In this document: one piece after another, positions 37,323 to 49,890 of the stretch
Layout of the letters: each line of letters starts with the position of its first letter
How positions within the stretch are numbered: the first letter of the stretch is position 1
NCBI GenBank assembly: GCA_947469635.1
Contig: CANIRG010000001.1
Coordinates: 2,824-66,823, forward strand
Length of the DNA: 64,000 bases
Origin: Rhodospirillales bacterium
GTDB lineage: Bacteria; Pseudomonadota; Alphaproteobacteria; Reyranellales; Reyranellaceae
Direction of reading: 5' to 3'
Program-made: the position numbers and the translations under genes
The notes under the pieces: generated by a model
Databases searched by the model: none
What the model was told of the DNA's origin: nothing
What the model saw: only the letters and a program-made list of their open reading frames with translations

Positions 37323-38160
37323 GCGCGCGGCCGCGCAGCTGCGGGTCGAGCTTCTCACGCAGGCCTTCGCCCACGAGATTGACCGACACCAGAAGTACAC
37401 AGAGGCAGAGGCCAGGAGCCAGGCAGACCCAAGGCGCCTGGGTGAGGAAGTCGCGGCCTTCGGCGATCATCAGGCCCCATTCGCTGGCGGGTGGCTGCGG
37501 GCCGAGACCGAGGAACGACAGGGCGGAGCCCAGCAGGATGGCGAAAGTCACGCGCAGGCCGCACTCGACGATGATGGGCGGCCAGGCATTGGGCAGGATC
37601 TCGTGCCACAGGATGGGGATGGCCCCCTCGCCACGCGCGCGGGCGGCCTGCACGAAGTCTTCTTCGAGCAAGCCCAGCGCCACGGCGCGCGTGAGACGGA
37701 CCAGGATCGGGATATAGACCAGGCCGACGGCGGCAATGGTCTTGCCGAGGCCGGGCGGCGTCACGGCCAATACCAGAAGGCCGAGCAGCACGGGCGGCAG
37801 GGCGATCAGCAGATCGACGGCGCGCATGATCACCTCCTGCACGATGCCGCGGTGAAAGGCCGCGATCAGGCCGAGCGGCACGCCGACGAAGAGGCTGATC
37901 AGCATGGCACCGAAGCCCGTGGCGAGCGAGAGATGGCCGCCGGCCAGGACGCGGGACAGCACGTCGCGGCCGAACTCGTCGGTGCCGAAGGGATGGAGCA
38001 GGCTCGGCGGCTGCAGGCGGACGCGCACGGAAAAGGCCGTGGGATCGTAGGGCGTCACGAAGATGCCGACGAGCGTTGCGGCGACGATCACCGCCAGTAG
38101 GGTGCCGCCCAGCGCGAGAGGGGACGGAACGCGCAGCCTTGGCATCGCCAGCACGCTCAT
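37315..38160 (-). CDS. Dipeptide-type ABC permease (DppC-like)
   Basis: HPFGTDEFGRDVLSR, FVQAARARG, SFLGLGPQPP..EWG. Confidence 0.92.
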   Translation of the reverse strand: MSVLAMPRLRVPSPLALGGTLLAVIVAATLVGIFVTPYDPTAFSVRVRLQPPSLLHPFGTDEFGRDVLSRVLAGGHLSLATGFGAMLISLFVGVPLGLIAAFHRGIVQEVIMRAVDLLIALPPVLLGLLVLAVTPPGLGKTIAAVGLVYIPILVRLTRAVALGLLEEDFVQAARARGEGAIPILWHEILPNAWPPIIVECGLRVTFAILLGSALSFLGLGPQPPASEWGLMIAEGRDFLTQAPWVCLAPGLCLCVLLVSVNLVGEGLREKLDPQLRGRAHG

Positions 38161-39119
38161 GCCGTTGCCCCGGCTACGCGGATGCGAGGGTTCAGCATCG
38201 CATAGAGAAGCTCGGCGATGAGGTTGGCCACTGCATAGACGGCCGTCACCACCATCATGCCGACCTGCAGCAACGGCAGGTCGTGACGCTCGATGGCGAA
38301 GACCAGCAGGCGGCCGAGGCCGGGATAGGCGAACACCGTCTCGACCACGACGATGCCGCCGATCAGCAAGCCGGCGTCGATGGCGAGCACCGTGATCGCC
38401 GGCAGGAGGGCGTTCGGCAGGGCGTGGCGCCACAGCACCCGCCCCTCCGGCAGGCCGCGGGCACGAGCAGCCAGCACGTAGCGGCTATCGAGCACCTCGA
38501 GCATCGACGAACGCGTGAGGCGCGAGACGTGGGCCACCAGGCCAAACGACAAGACCATCACCGGCAGGACGAGATGCGCGGCCCAGGAGGCGACGCCGCT
38601 CGACATCGGTGCATAGCCGGTCGCCGGCAGAAGATTCATCCAGGAGGCGAAGAACAGAACGGCGAGAATCGCCCAGAAGAATTCGGGTACGGCGATCAGG
38701 ACGAACTGTGCCAGGGTCAGCACCTTGTCGGAGGTGCGGCCGTGGTGCGTGGCGGCATAGAGGCCGAGCGCAATGCCGCCCGCCGCGATCAGGGCGAAGG
38801 AAAAGCCCGCGAGCAGCGCCGAGCGGCCGAGCGCTTCGGCGATCAATGGCGCGGCGGGCCGCGACATCACCAGCGACATGCCGAAGTCGCCCTGAAGCAT
38901 GGCGCTGAGCCAGCGCCAATATTGCACCGGCAGCGGATCGTTGAGGCCGAGTTTGGCTTCGAGCGTTGCGATGGCCGCGGGCGAGGCGAACTCGCCCAGG
39001 ATCGCGTAGGCGACATTGCCCGGCAGGATATGGACGATGCCGAAGATCAGCACCGACATGCCGAGCAGAACGCCGAGCAGGCCCGCGATCCGTTTCAGCA
39101 GGAACGCGGCCATGTGCAT
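38157..39119 (-). CDS. Dipeptide-type ABC permease (DppB-like)
   Basis: LGLNDPLPVQY, GDFGMS, YVLAARARGL, ETVFAYPGLG. Confidence 0.92.
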   Translation of the reverse strand: MHMAAFLLKRIAGLLGVLLGMSVLIFGIVHILPGNVAYAILGEFASPAAIATLEAKLGLNDPLPVQYWRWLSAMLQGDFGMSLVMSRPAAPLIAEALGRSALLAGFSFALIAAGGIALGLYAATHHGRTSDKVLTLAQFVLIAVPEFFWAILAVLFFASWMNLLPATGYAPMSSGVASWAAHLVLPVMVLSFGLVAHVSRLTRSSMLEVLDSRYVLAARARGLPEGRVLWRHALPNALLPAITVLAIDAGLLIGGIVVVETVFAYPGLGRLLVFAIERHDLPLLQVGMMVVTAVYAVANLIAELLYAMLNPRIRVAGATA

Positions 39120-39121
39120 GG

Positions 39122-40627
39122 TCAGCTCATCGTCGCGGTGCGCAGGTCGAACCAGCGCATCGGATGGGTCTTCACGCCGGCGATCGACTTGCGATAGGCG
39201 CAGGCGTAGTTGACGGTATAGGCGAAGAACGATGCCGGGTTGGCGGTAAGCGCCGCCTGGAAGTCGATGTAGTTCTTCTTCTGCACGACTGGATCGCCGC
39301 TCAGGCGCGCGGCATCGAGCGCGCGGTCGACGGCTTCGTCGCTATAGTGCCACAGCCGGTCGTTCCAGCTGCCCTTGCTGCGCAGGAAGGGAAACAGGCT
39401 GGTGTCGATCGTGGGGCGGGAGAAGAAGCCGTCGATGTAGAGCGGCGCCTTGCCCGAGACTTCTGCCGCGAACGAGGAGAAGGGCACGCGTTGGACCTGC
39501 AGGTCGAACCCGCCGGCCTTGGCGAGCTGCTGCAGCGTGACGCCCAGGCGCTCGCGCACGGGACGTCCCACCGGCACCACGATCGCCACCTTGACGCCGT
39601 TCGGAAAGCCCGCCTCGGCCAGCAGCTTCTTTGCCGCCGCCGGATTGGCCTTGGGCACGACGAGGTCCTTGGCGAAGAAGGGGTGGCTGGGTGGGATCGG
39701 GCTGATCGTGTCGACGCCCTGGCCGAACAGGGTGAGCTCGACCACGTCCTTCTTGTCGACGGCGAGGTGGAAGGCCTGGCGCACGCGCTTGTCGTTGAAC
39801 GGCGGGATGGTGTTGTTCATGATCGCGCCGTCCCACGAGGCCGTCGGCACGCTGTCGACGCGGAGGTCGGCGCGGGCCGAGAGCGGCTTCACCTGCTCCA
39901 GCGGCAGGTCCCACACGACGTCGATGTCGCCTGCCTGCAGGGCCGCGATCTTGACGCTCATCTCGGGAATGATGCGCAGCTCGACGCCATCGAGCTTGGG
40001 CGCGCCCGGCTCGAAATAGTCGGGGTTGCGCGCCAGCACCAGCCGGTCGCCGGCCGTGTAGCTCACGACCTTGAAGGGGCCAGTGCCGATCGGCTTGGTC
40101 GCCATCTGGCCTGCGGCGCCACGCGGCGTGATCTTGACCTGACGGTCGGTGAGGATGTCGGCGAAGCCGCCGTAGGGAATGCTGAGCTTGAAGACCACGG
40201 TGCCGGCGTCGGGCGCGGTCACGCTCTCGACCATGTCGTACTGGCTGCGTGACGGCGCGGAGTTTGCGGGATCGAGCAGGCGGCGGAAGAAGGCCACGAC
40301 ATCGTCGGCCACCATCTCCTGACCGTCGTGGAACTTCACGCCGCGGCGCAGCTTGAAGGTCCATTCCTTGATGTCGCTGCTGTAGGTCCAGCTCTCGGCG
40401 AGGTCGGGCTGAACGACGAGATCTTCGCTCATCCGCGTGAGGCCGTTGAAGGCGAGGTTGGTGTAGATGTACTCGTCGCCGATCGTCACCAGCATCGGGT
40501 CGAGCGTGTTCAGCGACGAGCCGATGCCGATGCGCAGCACGTTGCCGGCGGCGTGGGCGGGGCCGATGGCGGCGGTTGTCGTGGCGGCGAGGGAGGTGCC
40601 GATCAGCGTTCTGCGGGAAATTGTCAT
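39122..40627 (-). CDS. Family 5 (DppA-like) ABC substrate-binding protein, Tat signal
   Basis: SRRTLI leader, PDLAESW, FKLRRGVKFHDG, PIGTGPF, PFNDKRVRQA. Confidence 0.92.
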   Translation of the reverse strand: MTISRRTLIGTSLAATTTAAIGPAHAAGNVLRIGIGSSLNTLDPMLVTIGDEYIYTNLAFNGLTRMSEDLVVQPDLAESWTYSSDIKEWTFKLRRGVKFHDGQEMVADDVVAFFRRLLDPANSAPSRSQYDMVESVTAPDAGTVVFKLSIPYGGFADILTDRQVKITPRGAAGQMATKPIGTGPFKVVSYTAGDRLVLARNPDYFEPGAPKLDGVELRIIPEMSVKIAALQAGDIDVVWDLPLEQVKPLSARADLRVDSVPTASWDGAIMNNTIPPFNDKRVRQAFHLAVDKKDVVELTLFGQGVDTISPIPPSHPFFAKDLVVPKANPAAAKKLLAEAGFPNGVKVAIVVPVGRPVRERLGVTLQQLAKAGGFDLQVQRVPFSSFAAEVSGKAPLYIDGFFSRPTIDTSLFPFLRSKGSWNDRLWHYSDEAVDRALDAARLSGDPVVQKKNYIDFQAALTANPASFFAYTVNYACAYRKSIAGVKTHPMRWFDLRTATMS

Positions 40628-40646
40628 GGCGTGCCTCTAATTTGTC

Positions 40647-41957
40647 TCAGCCGGGATTGGCCAGATTCTCGCGCAAGGTGCGGCCGGCATATTCGCGGCG
40701 CAGCAGGCCGCGGCGCTGCAGCTCCGGCGTCACCAAGCGGCCGAATTCCTCGTAGGTCAGCGGAAACACGGTCGGCGGCAGGACAAAGCCGTCGCAGGCG
40801 CCGTTGATGAACCAGTCCTCCATCACGTCGGCAATCATCGACGGCGTGCCAGCCAACAGGCCGCGCGGCTTGCGAACGGCCTGCGCGAAGGAGATCCCTT
40901 GGGCCTTGGCGACCTGGCTCATGCGGTCGCGTGAGCCTGCGATGCCCTGGTTGCCGGCGGCGACCTCGGCTTCCTCCGCCGTTTCGATCCGGCTCAGGTC
41001 GACTCCGAGAAGGGTCGATGAGGACGCGAGCACCAGCTCGGGGTCGATCAGGCTGTCGAGGAACTCGGCCTTCTCGCGGGCGATCGATTCGGTCTCGCCG
41101 ATGACGACGGAGAGTGTCGGCATGACCGCGCAGTCCGTCGGATCGCGGCCGATGGCGCGCAGCCTGGCGTGCATGTCGGCGCGGAAGGCGATGCCGTCGG
41201 CCTTGGTGGCCGGGGTGCAGAAGATCATGTCGGCCCAGCGCGCCGCGCACTCGCGCCCGCGTGGCGAGGAGCCCGCCTGCAGGATCAGCGGCCTTCCCTG
41301 CGGGCTGCGCGGGATCGACATGGGGCCACGGGTTCGGACATAGGGGCCGACATGGTTGGCGTAGCGGATCTTGCTCGCATCGACGAACACGCCGCTCTCG
41401 CGGTCCATCACCATCGCGTCGGCGTCCCAGCAGTCCCACAGCGCGTAGCAGGCCTCCAGCACGTCGTCGGCGCGGGCGTAGCGGTCTTCCTTCGGCGGCA
41501 CGCCGTCCATGCCGCAGTTGCGCGCCTCGTAGTCCGTGGAGGAGGTGACGACGTTCCAGGCGGCGCGGCCACGGCTCAGCAGGTCGAGCGAACCCAGGCC
41601 GCGGGCGATTTGATAGGGTTGGTTGAAGGTCGTCGAGATGGTGTTGCCGAGGCCGAGATGCTTCGTCACGCGTGCCATCAGCGGCAGCACCATCATCGGG
41701 TCGATCAGGCTGGTCTGGCCGCCGCGTCCGATATAGTCGGCGAAGCTGTTCTTGTAGAGGTCGGGCAGGCCGAGCCCGTCGGCGAAGAAGCAGGCGTCGA
41801 AGCGCGCGTTCTCCAGCATGCGCGCCACATGCTCATAGCGTTCGCCATCCCAGATGTCGTCCAGCGTCGAGGCCGGATGACGCCAGGCGCTGGCGTAGCT
41901 CGCGGTGGGGCCCGTTTTGAGGTAGGCCGCCAGATGCATCTTGCGCGTCACGGACAT
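40647..41957 (-). CDS. NtaA/DmoA/SnaA family FMN-dependent monooxygenase (third copy)
   Basis: SAWRHP, LENARFDACFFADG, LDLLSRGRAAWNVVT, PRSPQGRPLILQAGSS, PELQRRGLLRREY. Confidence 0.92.
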   Translation of the reverse strand: MSVTRKMHLAAYLKTGPTASYASAWRHPASTLDDIWDGERYEHVARMLENARFDACFFADGLGLPDLYKNSFADYIGRGGQTSLIDPMMVLPLMARVTKHLGLGNTISTTFNQPYQIARGLGSLDLLSRGRAAWNVVTSSTDYEARNCGMDGVPPKEDRYARADDVLEACYALWDCWDADAMVMDRESGVFVDASKIRYANHVGPYVRTRGPMSIPRSPQGRPLILQAGSSPRGRECAARWADMIFCTPATKADGIAFRADMHARLRAIGRDPTDCAVMPTLSVVIGETESIAREKAEFLDSLIDPELVLASSSTLLGVDLSRIETAEEAEVAAGNQGIAGSRDRMSQVAKAQGISFAQAVRKPRGLLAGTPSMIADVMEDWFINGACDGFVLPPTVFPLTYEEFGRLVTPELQRRGLLRREYAGRTLRENLANPG

Positions 41958-41969
41958 GGGACCTCTGGC

Positions 41970-41985
41970 AGCAAAATTCGTGCCC
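41970..41985 (-). promoter_or_regulatory. Possible sigma54 (-24/-12) promoter for the monooxygenase/Dpp operon
   Basis: Minus strand reads GGGCACGAATTTTGCT (GG-N10-GC). It lies very close to the 41957 ATG, so the assignment is tentative. Confidence 0.4.
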
Positions 41986-42054
41986 GCACCGCGATGGCTG
42001 TGCCCCTTCTCATAATGGGATAGAGAACAGGCTGGTTCGACCGTTCGGTGCAGG

Positions 42055-43260
42055 ATGCAGTGTGATCGTATATGGCGGCGCGCACGCTTGGCCACCTTGG
42101 CCTCGGGGATGCCGGGTCTGGGGATCGTCGAAAATGGGCTGATCGCGGCCTGCGACGGCAGGATCGTCTATGCCGGATCGGAGGCCGACGCGTCGGCGCT
42201 CGATGCGCCCGACGTGATCGATTGCGCCGGCCGCTGGATCACACCGGGACTGGTGGATTGCCACACCCACATCGTCCATGGCGGCGACCGGGCTCACGAA
42301 TTCGAGCTGCGCCTCGCGGGCGCCACCTACGAGGAGCTGGCGCGAGCCGGCGGCGGGATCGTCTCGACCACGCGGGCCACGCGGGCTGCGACCGAGGACG
42401 GGCTGGTGGCATCGGCCCTGCCGCGCGTCGATGCGCTGATGGCGGAGGGCGTGACGACCATGGAGGTGAAGTCGGGCTACGGGCTCGATCGCGATGCCGA
42501 GATGAAGTCGCTGCGCGCCGCTCGCCGTCTGGGCGAGGTCCGGCCGCTGTCGATCGTCACGAGTTTCTTGGGAGCGCATGCGATGCCGCCGGAAGCGGCC
42601 GGCGACAAGGATGCCTATATCACCAAGGTCTGCGACGAGATGCTGCCCGCCGTCGCCACGGCCGGTTTGGCCGATGCCGTCGATGCCTTCTGCGACAATA
42701 TTGGTTTCACGCCGGAGCAGGTGACGCGCGTCTTCGAGGCGGCCAAGGCCCTTGGTCTGCGGGTCAAGCTCCATGCCGAGCAGCTCTCCAACCAGCATGG
42801 CGCCGCGCTGGCGGCACGTTATGGCGCCCTCTCGGCCGATCATCTGGAGCATATCGACGAAGAGGGCGCGATGGCCCTTGCGCGGGCCGGCACGGTGGCG
42901 GTGCTGCTGCCAGGCGCCTTCTATTTCGTTCGTGAGACCCAAAAGCCGCCCGTCGACCTGCTGCGCCGGCACGGCGTGCATATCGCCATCGCATCGGACA
43001 GCAACCCCGGCTCCTGCCCGCTGACCTCGCTGCTGATGACGATGAACATGGCGGCCACTCTGTTCCGCCTCACCGTCGACGAATGCCTGATCGGCGTCAC
43101 CCGCGAGGCGGCGCGGGCGCTCGGGCGGCTCGACGATGTCGGCACGCTCGAAACGGGCAAATCCTGCGACCTCGCGATCTGGGACATCGAACGGCCCGCC
43201 GAGCTCGTCTATCGCATGGGCTTCAATCCGATCCATGCGCGGGTCTGGAGAGGAAAATGA
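42055..43260 (+). CDS. hutI: Imidazolonepropionase
   Basis: [39 protein letters not shown]. Confidence 0.96.
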   Translation: MQCDRIWRRARLATLASGMPGLGIVENGLIAACDGRIVYAGSEADASALDAPDVIDCAGRWITPGLVDCHTHIVHGGDRAHEFELRLAGATYEELARAGGGIVSTTRATRAATEDGLVASALPRVDALMAEGVTTMEVKSGYGLDRDAEMKSLRAARRLGEVRPLSIVTSFLGAHAMPPEAAGDKDAYITKVCDEMLPAVATAGLADAVDAFCDNIGFTPEQVTRVFEAAKALGLRVKLHAEQLSNQHGAALAARYGALSADHLEHIDEEGAMALARAGTVAVLLPGAFYFVRETQKPPVDLLRRHGVHIAIASDSNPGSCPLTSLLMTMNMAATLFRLTVDECLIGVTREAARALGRLDDVGTLETGKSCDLAIWDIERPAELVYRMGFNPIHARVWRGK

Positions 43261-44786
43261 CCACGATCCTGCTGCGGCCCGGTGAGGTGCCGCTTGCGCA
43301 ATGGCGCGAGATCTATCGCGGTGCGTCGGCCGTGCTCGATCCCGTGAGCTACGAGGTGATCGGGGCATCGGCCAGGGCGGTGTCGGCCATCCTGGCGCGC
43401 GGCGAGCCGGTCTATGGCATCAACACCGGCTTCGGGAAGCTCGCCAGCGTGCGCATCGAGGCGGCCGATCTCGAAAAGCTGCAGAGGAACATCGTGCTAT
43501 CGCACGCCGCCGGTGTCGGTCGGCCGATGCCGATCGCGGTCGCGCGGCTGATGATCGCGCTCAAGCTCGGCAGCCTGGCGCAGGGCGCGTCGGGCGTGCA
43601 GGCCGCGACCGTGAAGCTGCTCGAAGCACTGCTCACCAAGGGCCTGACGCCGGTGATCCCCTGCCAGGGCTCGGTCGGCGCGTCGGGCGACCTCGCGCCG
43701 CTGGCGCATATGGCAGCGGCGATGATCGGCGTCGGCGAGTTCTTCGTGGGCGATCAGCGCGTGCCGGCGACACAGGCCCTCGCCGAAGCGGGCCTCGCGC
43801 CTCTGGTGCTGGGCGCCAAGGAAGGCCTGGCGCTGCTCAATGGCACGCAATTCTCCACCGCCTATGCGCTCGCCGGCCTGTTCGAGACGGAGAATCTCTT
43901 CGGTGCCGCCTTGGTCACGGGCGCGCTGTCGACCGACGCGGCGCGGGGCTCCGATGCGCCCTTCGATCCCCGCATCCATCGCCTGCGACGCCATAAAGGA
44001 CAGATCGAATCGGCCGACGCGTTGCGCGCCCTGATGGCGGGCTCGGCGATCCGCGCCTCGCACCTCGTGGGCGACGAGAGGGTGCAGGATCCCTACTGCC
44101 TGCGCTGCCAGCCACAGGTCATGGGCGCGGCCCTCGACATACTGCGCCAGGCAGCGACGACACTGGCGACCGAGGCCAATGGCGTCACCGACAATCCGCT
44201 GATCTTCCCCGAGAGCAACGAAGCCCTGTCCGGCGGCAACTTCCACGCGGAGCCGGTGGCTTTCGCCGCCGACATCATCGCGCTCGCGATCTGCGAGATC
44301 GGCTCGCTGGCCGAGCGTCGCATCGCCATGCTCGTCGATCCCGCGCTGTCGGGCCTGCCGGCCTTCCTGACGCCCAAGCCCGGCCTCAACTCGGGCTTCA
44401 TGATCCCGCAGGTCACGGCCGCGGCGCTGACCTCGGAGAACAAGCAGCGTGCCTATCCCGCCAGCGTCGATTCGATCCCGACCTCGGCCAACCAGGAAGA
44501 CCATGTCTCGATGGCGGCCCACGGCGCGCGGCGGCTGCTGGAGATGGCCGAGAATGCCTGTGGCATCGTCGGCATCGAGCTGCTGGCGGCGGCCCAGGGC
44601 TGCGACTTCCACCGGCCGCTCGCCTCCAGCACGCCGCTGGAGGCGGTACGCACGCTGGTACGCCGCGAGGTGCCGCATCTCGACGACGATCGCCATTTCC
44701 ACCCGGACATGGCGAAGGCCATCGCCCTGGTGACAAGCGGTGCGGTCGTCGATGCCGTCGGCCGCGATGCCTTGCCCACGATCTGA
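43257..44786 (+). CDS. hutH: Histidine ammonia-lyase
   Basis: [12 protein letters not shown]-forming [45 protein letters not shown]. Confidence 0.97.
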   Translation: MTTILLRPGEVPLAQWREIYRGASAVLDPVSYEVIGASARAVSAILARGEPVYGINTGFGKLASVRIEAADLEKLQRNIVLSHAAGVGRPMPIAVARLMIALKLGSLAQGASGVQAATVKLLEALLTKGLTPVIPCQGSVGASGDLAPLAHMAAAMIGVGEFFVGDQRVPATQALAEAGLAPLVLGAKEGLALLNGTQFSTAYALAGLFETENLFGAALVTGALSTDAARGSDAPFDPRIHRLRRHKGQIESADALRALMAGSAIRASHLVGDERVQDPYCLRCQPQVMGAALDILRQAATTLATEANGVTDNPLIFPESNEALSGGNFHAEPVAFAADIIALAICEIGSLAERRIAMLVDPALSGLPAFLTPKPGLNSGFMIPQVTAAALTSENKQRAYPASVDSIPTSANQEDHVSMAAHGARRLLEMAENACGIVGIELLAAAQGCDFHRPLASSTPLEAVRTLVRREVPHLDDDRHFHPDMAKAIALVTSGAVVDAVGRDALPTI

Positions 44787-44801
44787 TCGGAGACTGCCGT
44801 C

Positions 44802-46463
<1,662 letters not shown>

Positions 46464-46487
46464 CGAGGGATCTCTACTCTTGCGGCT

Positions 46488-47270
46488 CTAATGATCCGCC
46501 GCGATCGCCTCGACGCGGATCTCTTCGGTGAGGCGGGCCTTGAGCGCCATGAACTCGGGTGAGGTCTTGATCGTGTAGTGGCGGGGGTGGGGGAAGTCGG
46601 AGGCCACCTCGGCCTTGATGCGGCCGGGCCGGGCGCTGAACACCACCACGCGGTTGGCCATGAAGATCGCCTCGTCGATGTCGTGGGTGACGAACAGCAC
46701 CGTCTTGCGCGCCCGCTCCCAGATGCCGAGCAGCAGCTCCTGCATCAGCACGCGCGTCTGGTTGTCGAGCGCGCCGAAGGGCTCGTCGAGCAGCAGGATC
46801 TTGGGATCGTTGGCGAGCGCGCGGGCGATGGCCACGCGCTGCTGCATGCCGCCGGAGAGCTGCTTGGGGAAATGATCCTCGAAGCCGCGCAGGCCCACCT
46901 GGGCGATGAAGCGCTCGCTGATCTCGCGCTGCTCGGCCAGCGGCAGGCCCTTTTCGCGCAGGCCGAAGCAGATGTTCTGGCGGACGTTCAGCCAGGGAAA
47001 CAGCGTGTAGCTCTGGAACACCACGCCGCGGTCGGCGGCCGGTCCCCTCACCGCCGCGCCGTCCAGCAGGATGTCACCCGTCGTCGGCGTTTCGAGGCCG
47101 GCAACGAGGCGCAGCAGGGTGGACTTGCCGCAGCCCGAGGGGCCGAGGACGGTGATGAAGTCGTTGTCCGCGACGTCGAGGCTGATGGGCTGCAGCGCCT
47201 GCGTCGGGGCGGCGCCACGGCGCACGCCGGGAAAGGTCTTGCCGATGCTTCGGATCTCGAGCCGGCTCAC
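46488..47270 (-). CDS. ABC transporter ATP-binding protein (NitT/TauT type)
   Basis: GTG start. [28 protein letters not shown]. Confidence 0.92.
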   Translation of the reverse strand: MSRLEIRSIGKTFPGVRRGAAPTQALQPISLDVADNDFITVLGPSGCGKSTLLRLVAGLETPTTGDILLDGAAVRGPAADRGVVFQSYTLFPWLNVRQNICFGLREKGLPLAEQREISERFIAQVGLRGFEDHFPKQLSGGMQQRVAIARALANDPKILLLDEPFGALDNQTRVLMQELLLGIWERARKTVLFVTHDIDEAIFMANRVVVFSARPGRIKAEVASDFPHPRHYTIKTSPEFMALKARLTEEIRVEAIAADH

Positions 47271-48043
47271 CGCATGAAACTCCAGGCGAAAAGCCGCTGG
47301 TTGACCCATTTGAACGACAGGTCGGAGAGCAGCCCGACCAGCCCGATCACCACGATGCCGGCGATGATGTGGTCGGTTGCCATCAGCGCCTGGCTGTCGG
47401 TGATCATGTGGCCGATGCCCGAGGAAGCGCCGATCAGCTCGGCGACGATGATGTAGGTCCAGCCCAGCCCCAGCACCTGGCGCAGCGCCTCGGCGATCTC
47501 GGGCGCGGCGCCGGGCAGCAGCACGCGGCGGATGACGCCGATGTCCTTGCAGCCGAGCGTGTAGGCGGCCTCCACCAGGTCGCGGCGCGTGGCGGCCACG
47601 ATCATGGTGATCATGAGCGTGAGCTGGAAGAAGCAGCCGATGAAGATGACGGTGAGCTTCTGCGCCTCGCCGATGCCGACCCACAGGATCAGCAATGGGA
47701 TGAAGGCCGAGGCCGGCAGGTAGCGTGCGAAGGACACGAAAGGCTCGAAGAAGGCCTCGATCGGCTTGTAGGCGCCCATGGCGATGCCCAGCGGCACCGC
47801 GATCACCGCCGCCATCAGGAAGCCGCCGACCACGCGCCAGACCGTCATGCCGACATCGAAAGCGAACTTCTGCGCGGCGAACAGATCCCAGCCCGACAGC
47901 AGGGTCTGCAGTGGCGTCGCCAGGAAGTGCTTGGGCACGAAGCCGCCCCAGGTCAGGACACCCCACAGCGCGACGAAGCCGACGAAGAACGCCACGCCCA
48001 GCAGGATCCGGCTTTCGCGCGTCACGGGGACGAGCAGCTTCAT
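47267..48043 (-). CDS. ABC transporter permease (NitT/TauT type)
   Basis: RYLPASAFIPL, LVEAAYTLG, IVAELIGA. Confidence 0.92.
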   Translation of the reverse strand: MKLLVPVTRESRILLGVAFFVGFVALWGVLTWGGFVPKHFLATPLQTLLSGWDLFAAQKFAFDVGMTVWRVVGGFLMAAVIAVPLGIAMGAYKPIEAFFEPFVSFARYLPASAFIPLLILWVGIGEAQKLTVIFIGCFFQLTLMITMIVAATRRDLVEAAYTLGCKDIGVIRRVLLPGAAPEIAEALRQVLGLGWTYIIVAELIGASSGIGHMITDSQALMATDHIIAGIVVIGLVGLLSDLSFKWVNQRLFAWSFMR

Positions 48044-48080
48044 GCCGGCCTGCCGGGCGTGGACTTCCTGGTCGTCAACG

Positions 48081-49043
48081 TCAGTTCAGGAACGTCGTGT
48101 CGAACAGCGAATCCATGTTGGCTGGCGCCGTCTTGATGACGCCGATTTCCAGCAGCAGCTCGGCGGCTTCCTTGTTGAAGGCCTGGATCTCGCCATTGAA
48201 GAACTTCTTGTTGGCCTCGCGGTCGGCCCACTTGATCTTGGACTGCGACTTCTCGAACTGCTCGGCCGTCTGCTTGACGTCGGCGCCCATGATGGTGAAT
48301 GCCTTCTGCTTATCCTTGGCGATCAGGTCGATCGCCTGGAAGTAGCTGTCGGCCAGCGCCTTGGCGGCCTTTGGGTTCTCCTTGATGAACTTCGGCGTGC
48401 AGCCGAAGGTGTCGAACACCATCGGATACTGGAGCGAATCGGCGATCAGCTTGCCCGACTCGGGCTTGTCCCGGACGAGGCTGAGATAGGGCTCGTAGGT
48501 GACGGCGGCGTCGAGATCGGAGGTTCCGGCGACGAAGGCGGTCGCCGCGGCGGCCGGCTCGAGCGTCACGAGCTTCACATCCTTCAGCGACAGGCCGTTC
48601 TTCTTCAGGATCCAGGCCAGCGTGAAGTGCGGGTTGGTGCCGGGCGCCGAGGCGGCGACGGTCTTGCCCTTGAGGTCCGTGACCTTGTTGATGGCCGGGC
48701 GGGCGACGATACCGTCGGAGCCCATGCCCTGGTCCATCTTGAAGAGCTGCGTCGTGGGGATGCCGTTGGTGTTCCAGACGATCCAGGTCTCCACGGTCGT
48801 GGCGGCGCACTGGATGTCGCCGGAGGCGATGGCGAGGTGGCGGTCCTTCTGGGGAATCTTCCTGATCGTGACGTCGAGGCCGTTGGCCTTGTAGATGCCG
48901 GCCTCCTTGGCCAGGGTCAGAGGCGCGAAGCCGGTCCAGCCGGAAATGCCGATGCCGACCTTCGTCTCTTGCGCCGAGGCATTGCCCTCGAAGGCGCCGG
49001 CCAGGGCGAGAGCGCCGAGGACGGTCTTGATGGATGAGGACAT
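48081..49043 (-). CDS. ABC transporter substrate-binding protein (NitT/TauT/SsuA-like)
   Basis: Sec signal, SGWTGFAPL, DLKGKTVA, AAVTYEPYL. Confidence 0.9.
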   Translation of the reverse strand: MSSSIKTVLGALALAGAFEGNASAQETKVGIGISGWTGFAPLTLAKEAGIYKANGLDVTIRKIPQKDRHLAIASGDIQCAATTVETWIVWNTNGIPTTQLFKMDQGMGSDGIVARPAINKVTDLKGKTVAASAPGTNPHFTLAWILKKNGLSLKDVKLVTLEPAAAATAFVAGTSDLDAAVTYEPYLSLVRDKPESGKLIADSLQYPMVFDTFGCTPKFIKENPKAAKALADSYFQAIDLIAKDKQKAFTIMGADVKQTAEQFEKSQSKIKWADREANKKFFNGEIQAFNKEAAELLLEIGVIKTAPANMDSLFDTTFLN

Positions 49044-49054
49044 CTAAATCTCCG

Positions 49055-49867
49055 TTAGCTTGCTGCGGGGTAGACGACGGGAAAGATCGGCGCGTCGAAC
49101 GGGTCGCCGTCGGCGAGGGTGAGTTCGGGAAGCGGTGGCGAGGTCCTGCCGGCGCGCTTGGCATAGACGGCGTCGTCGCCCACCCAGCGGGCGGAGAAGA
49201 CGCGGCGGGGGCGTGTCGACTTGTTGGCGGGCGCCCCGTGGACAGTGCGGAAGCTGAAGGCGATGGCGTCGCCCGGCTGCATGTCCCAGCCGGCAATGTC
49301 GAGACTGTCCTTCATCGCCTCGATGTCGGGCATCGGCTCGAAGTCGTCCTTCTCGTAGAGCCGGGTGCCGTCGAAGCGCATCGGCCGAAAACCCTTGCCC
49401 CAGAGATGCGAGCCGCTGATGCACTCCATCACGATGTCGCGCGGCACCGGATCGAGCGGGATCCAGAAGCTCACGCTCTGCTGGCCCTCGACGCAGTAAT
49501 AGGGCTGGTCCTGGTGCCACGGCGTGACGGTGCTGCTGCCGGGTTGCTTCACCAGCACGTGGTCGTGGAAGAAGCGCGCCGTCCTCGACCGCATCAGCCG
49601 CGCGGCGATCTCGCCGGCGTTGGATTCCAGAACGAACGACCGGAACTGCGGGATACGCTGCCAGTTGCACAGGTCCTGGAAAAAAGGTGCCGAGCCATCC
49701 GCCGGCCGCACTGTGCGTTCGAGCGGGCTGGGATCGGCCATCAAGGCGTCGATGCCGGCACGCAGGGTTTCGATCCAGGGGCTGAAGACCTGTCGCAGAA
49801 CGACGACCCCATCCCTTTGATAGGACGCCGTCGTGTCGCCCAGTGCCTGGTCCACGTTTCCGCTCAT
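49055..49867 (-). CDS. Fe(II)/2-oxoglutarate dioxygenase, PhyH (phytanoyl-CoA dioxygenase) family
   Basis: TPWHQD (HxD), WIPLD, GSHLW, PGDAIAF...TVHGA..N...RR. RBS AGGAGA. Confidence 0.9.
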   Translation of the reverse strand: MSGNVDQALGDTTASYQRDGVVVLRQVFSPWIETLRAGIDALMADPSPLERTVRPADGSAPFFQDLCNWQRIPQFRSFVLESNAGEIAARLMRSRTARFFHDHVLVKQPGSSTVTPWHQDQPYYCVEGQQSVSFWIPLDPVPRDIVMECISGSHLWGKGFRPMRFDGTRLYEKDDFEPMPDIEAMKDSLDIAGWDMQPGDAIAFSFRTVHGAPANKSTRPRRVFSARWVGDDAVYAKRAGRTSPPLPELTLADGDPFDAPIFPVVYPAAS

Positions 49868-49890
49868 GCCTCTCCTATACAGCACAAGTC

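Noticed and set aside
49055-49867. Calling the dioxygenase a thymine 7-hydroxylase
   Set aside because: Motifs are PhyH-type, a different Fe/2OG subfamily from fungal thymine 7-hydroxylase; kept only as a hypothesis.
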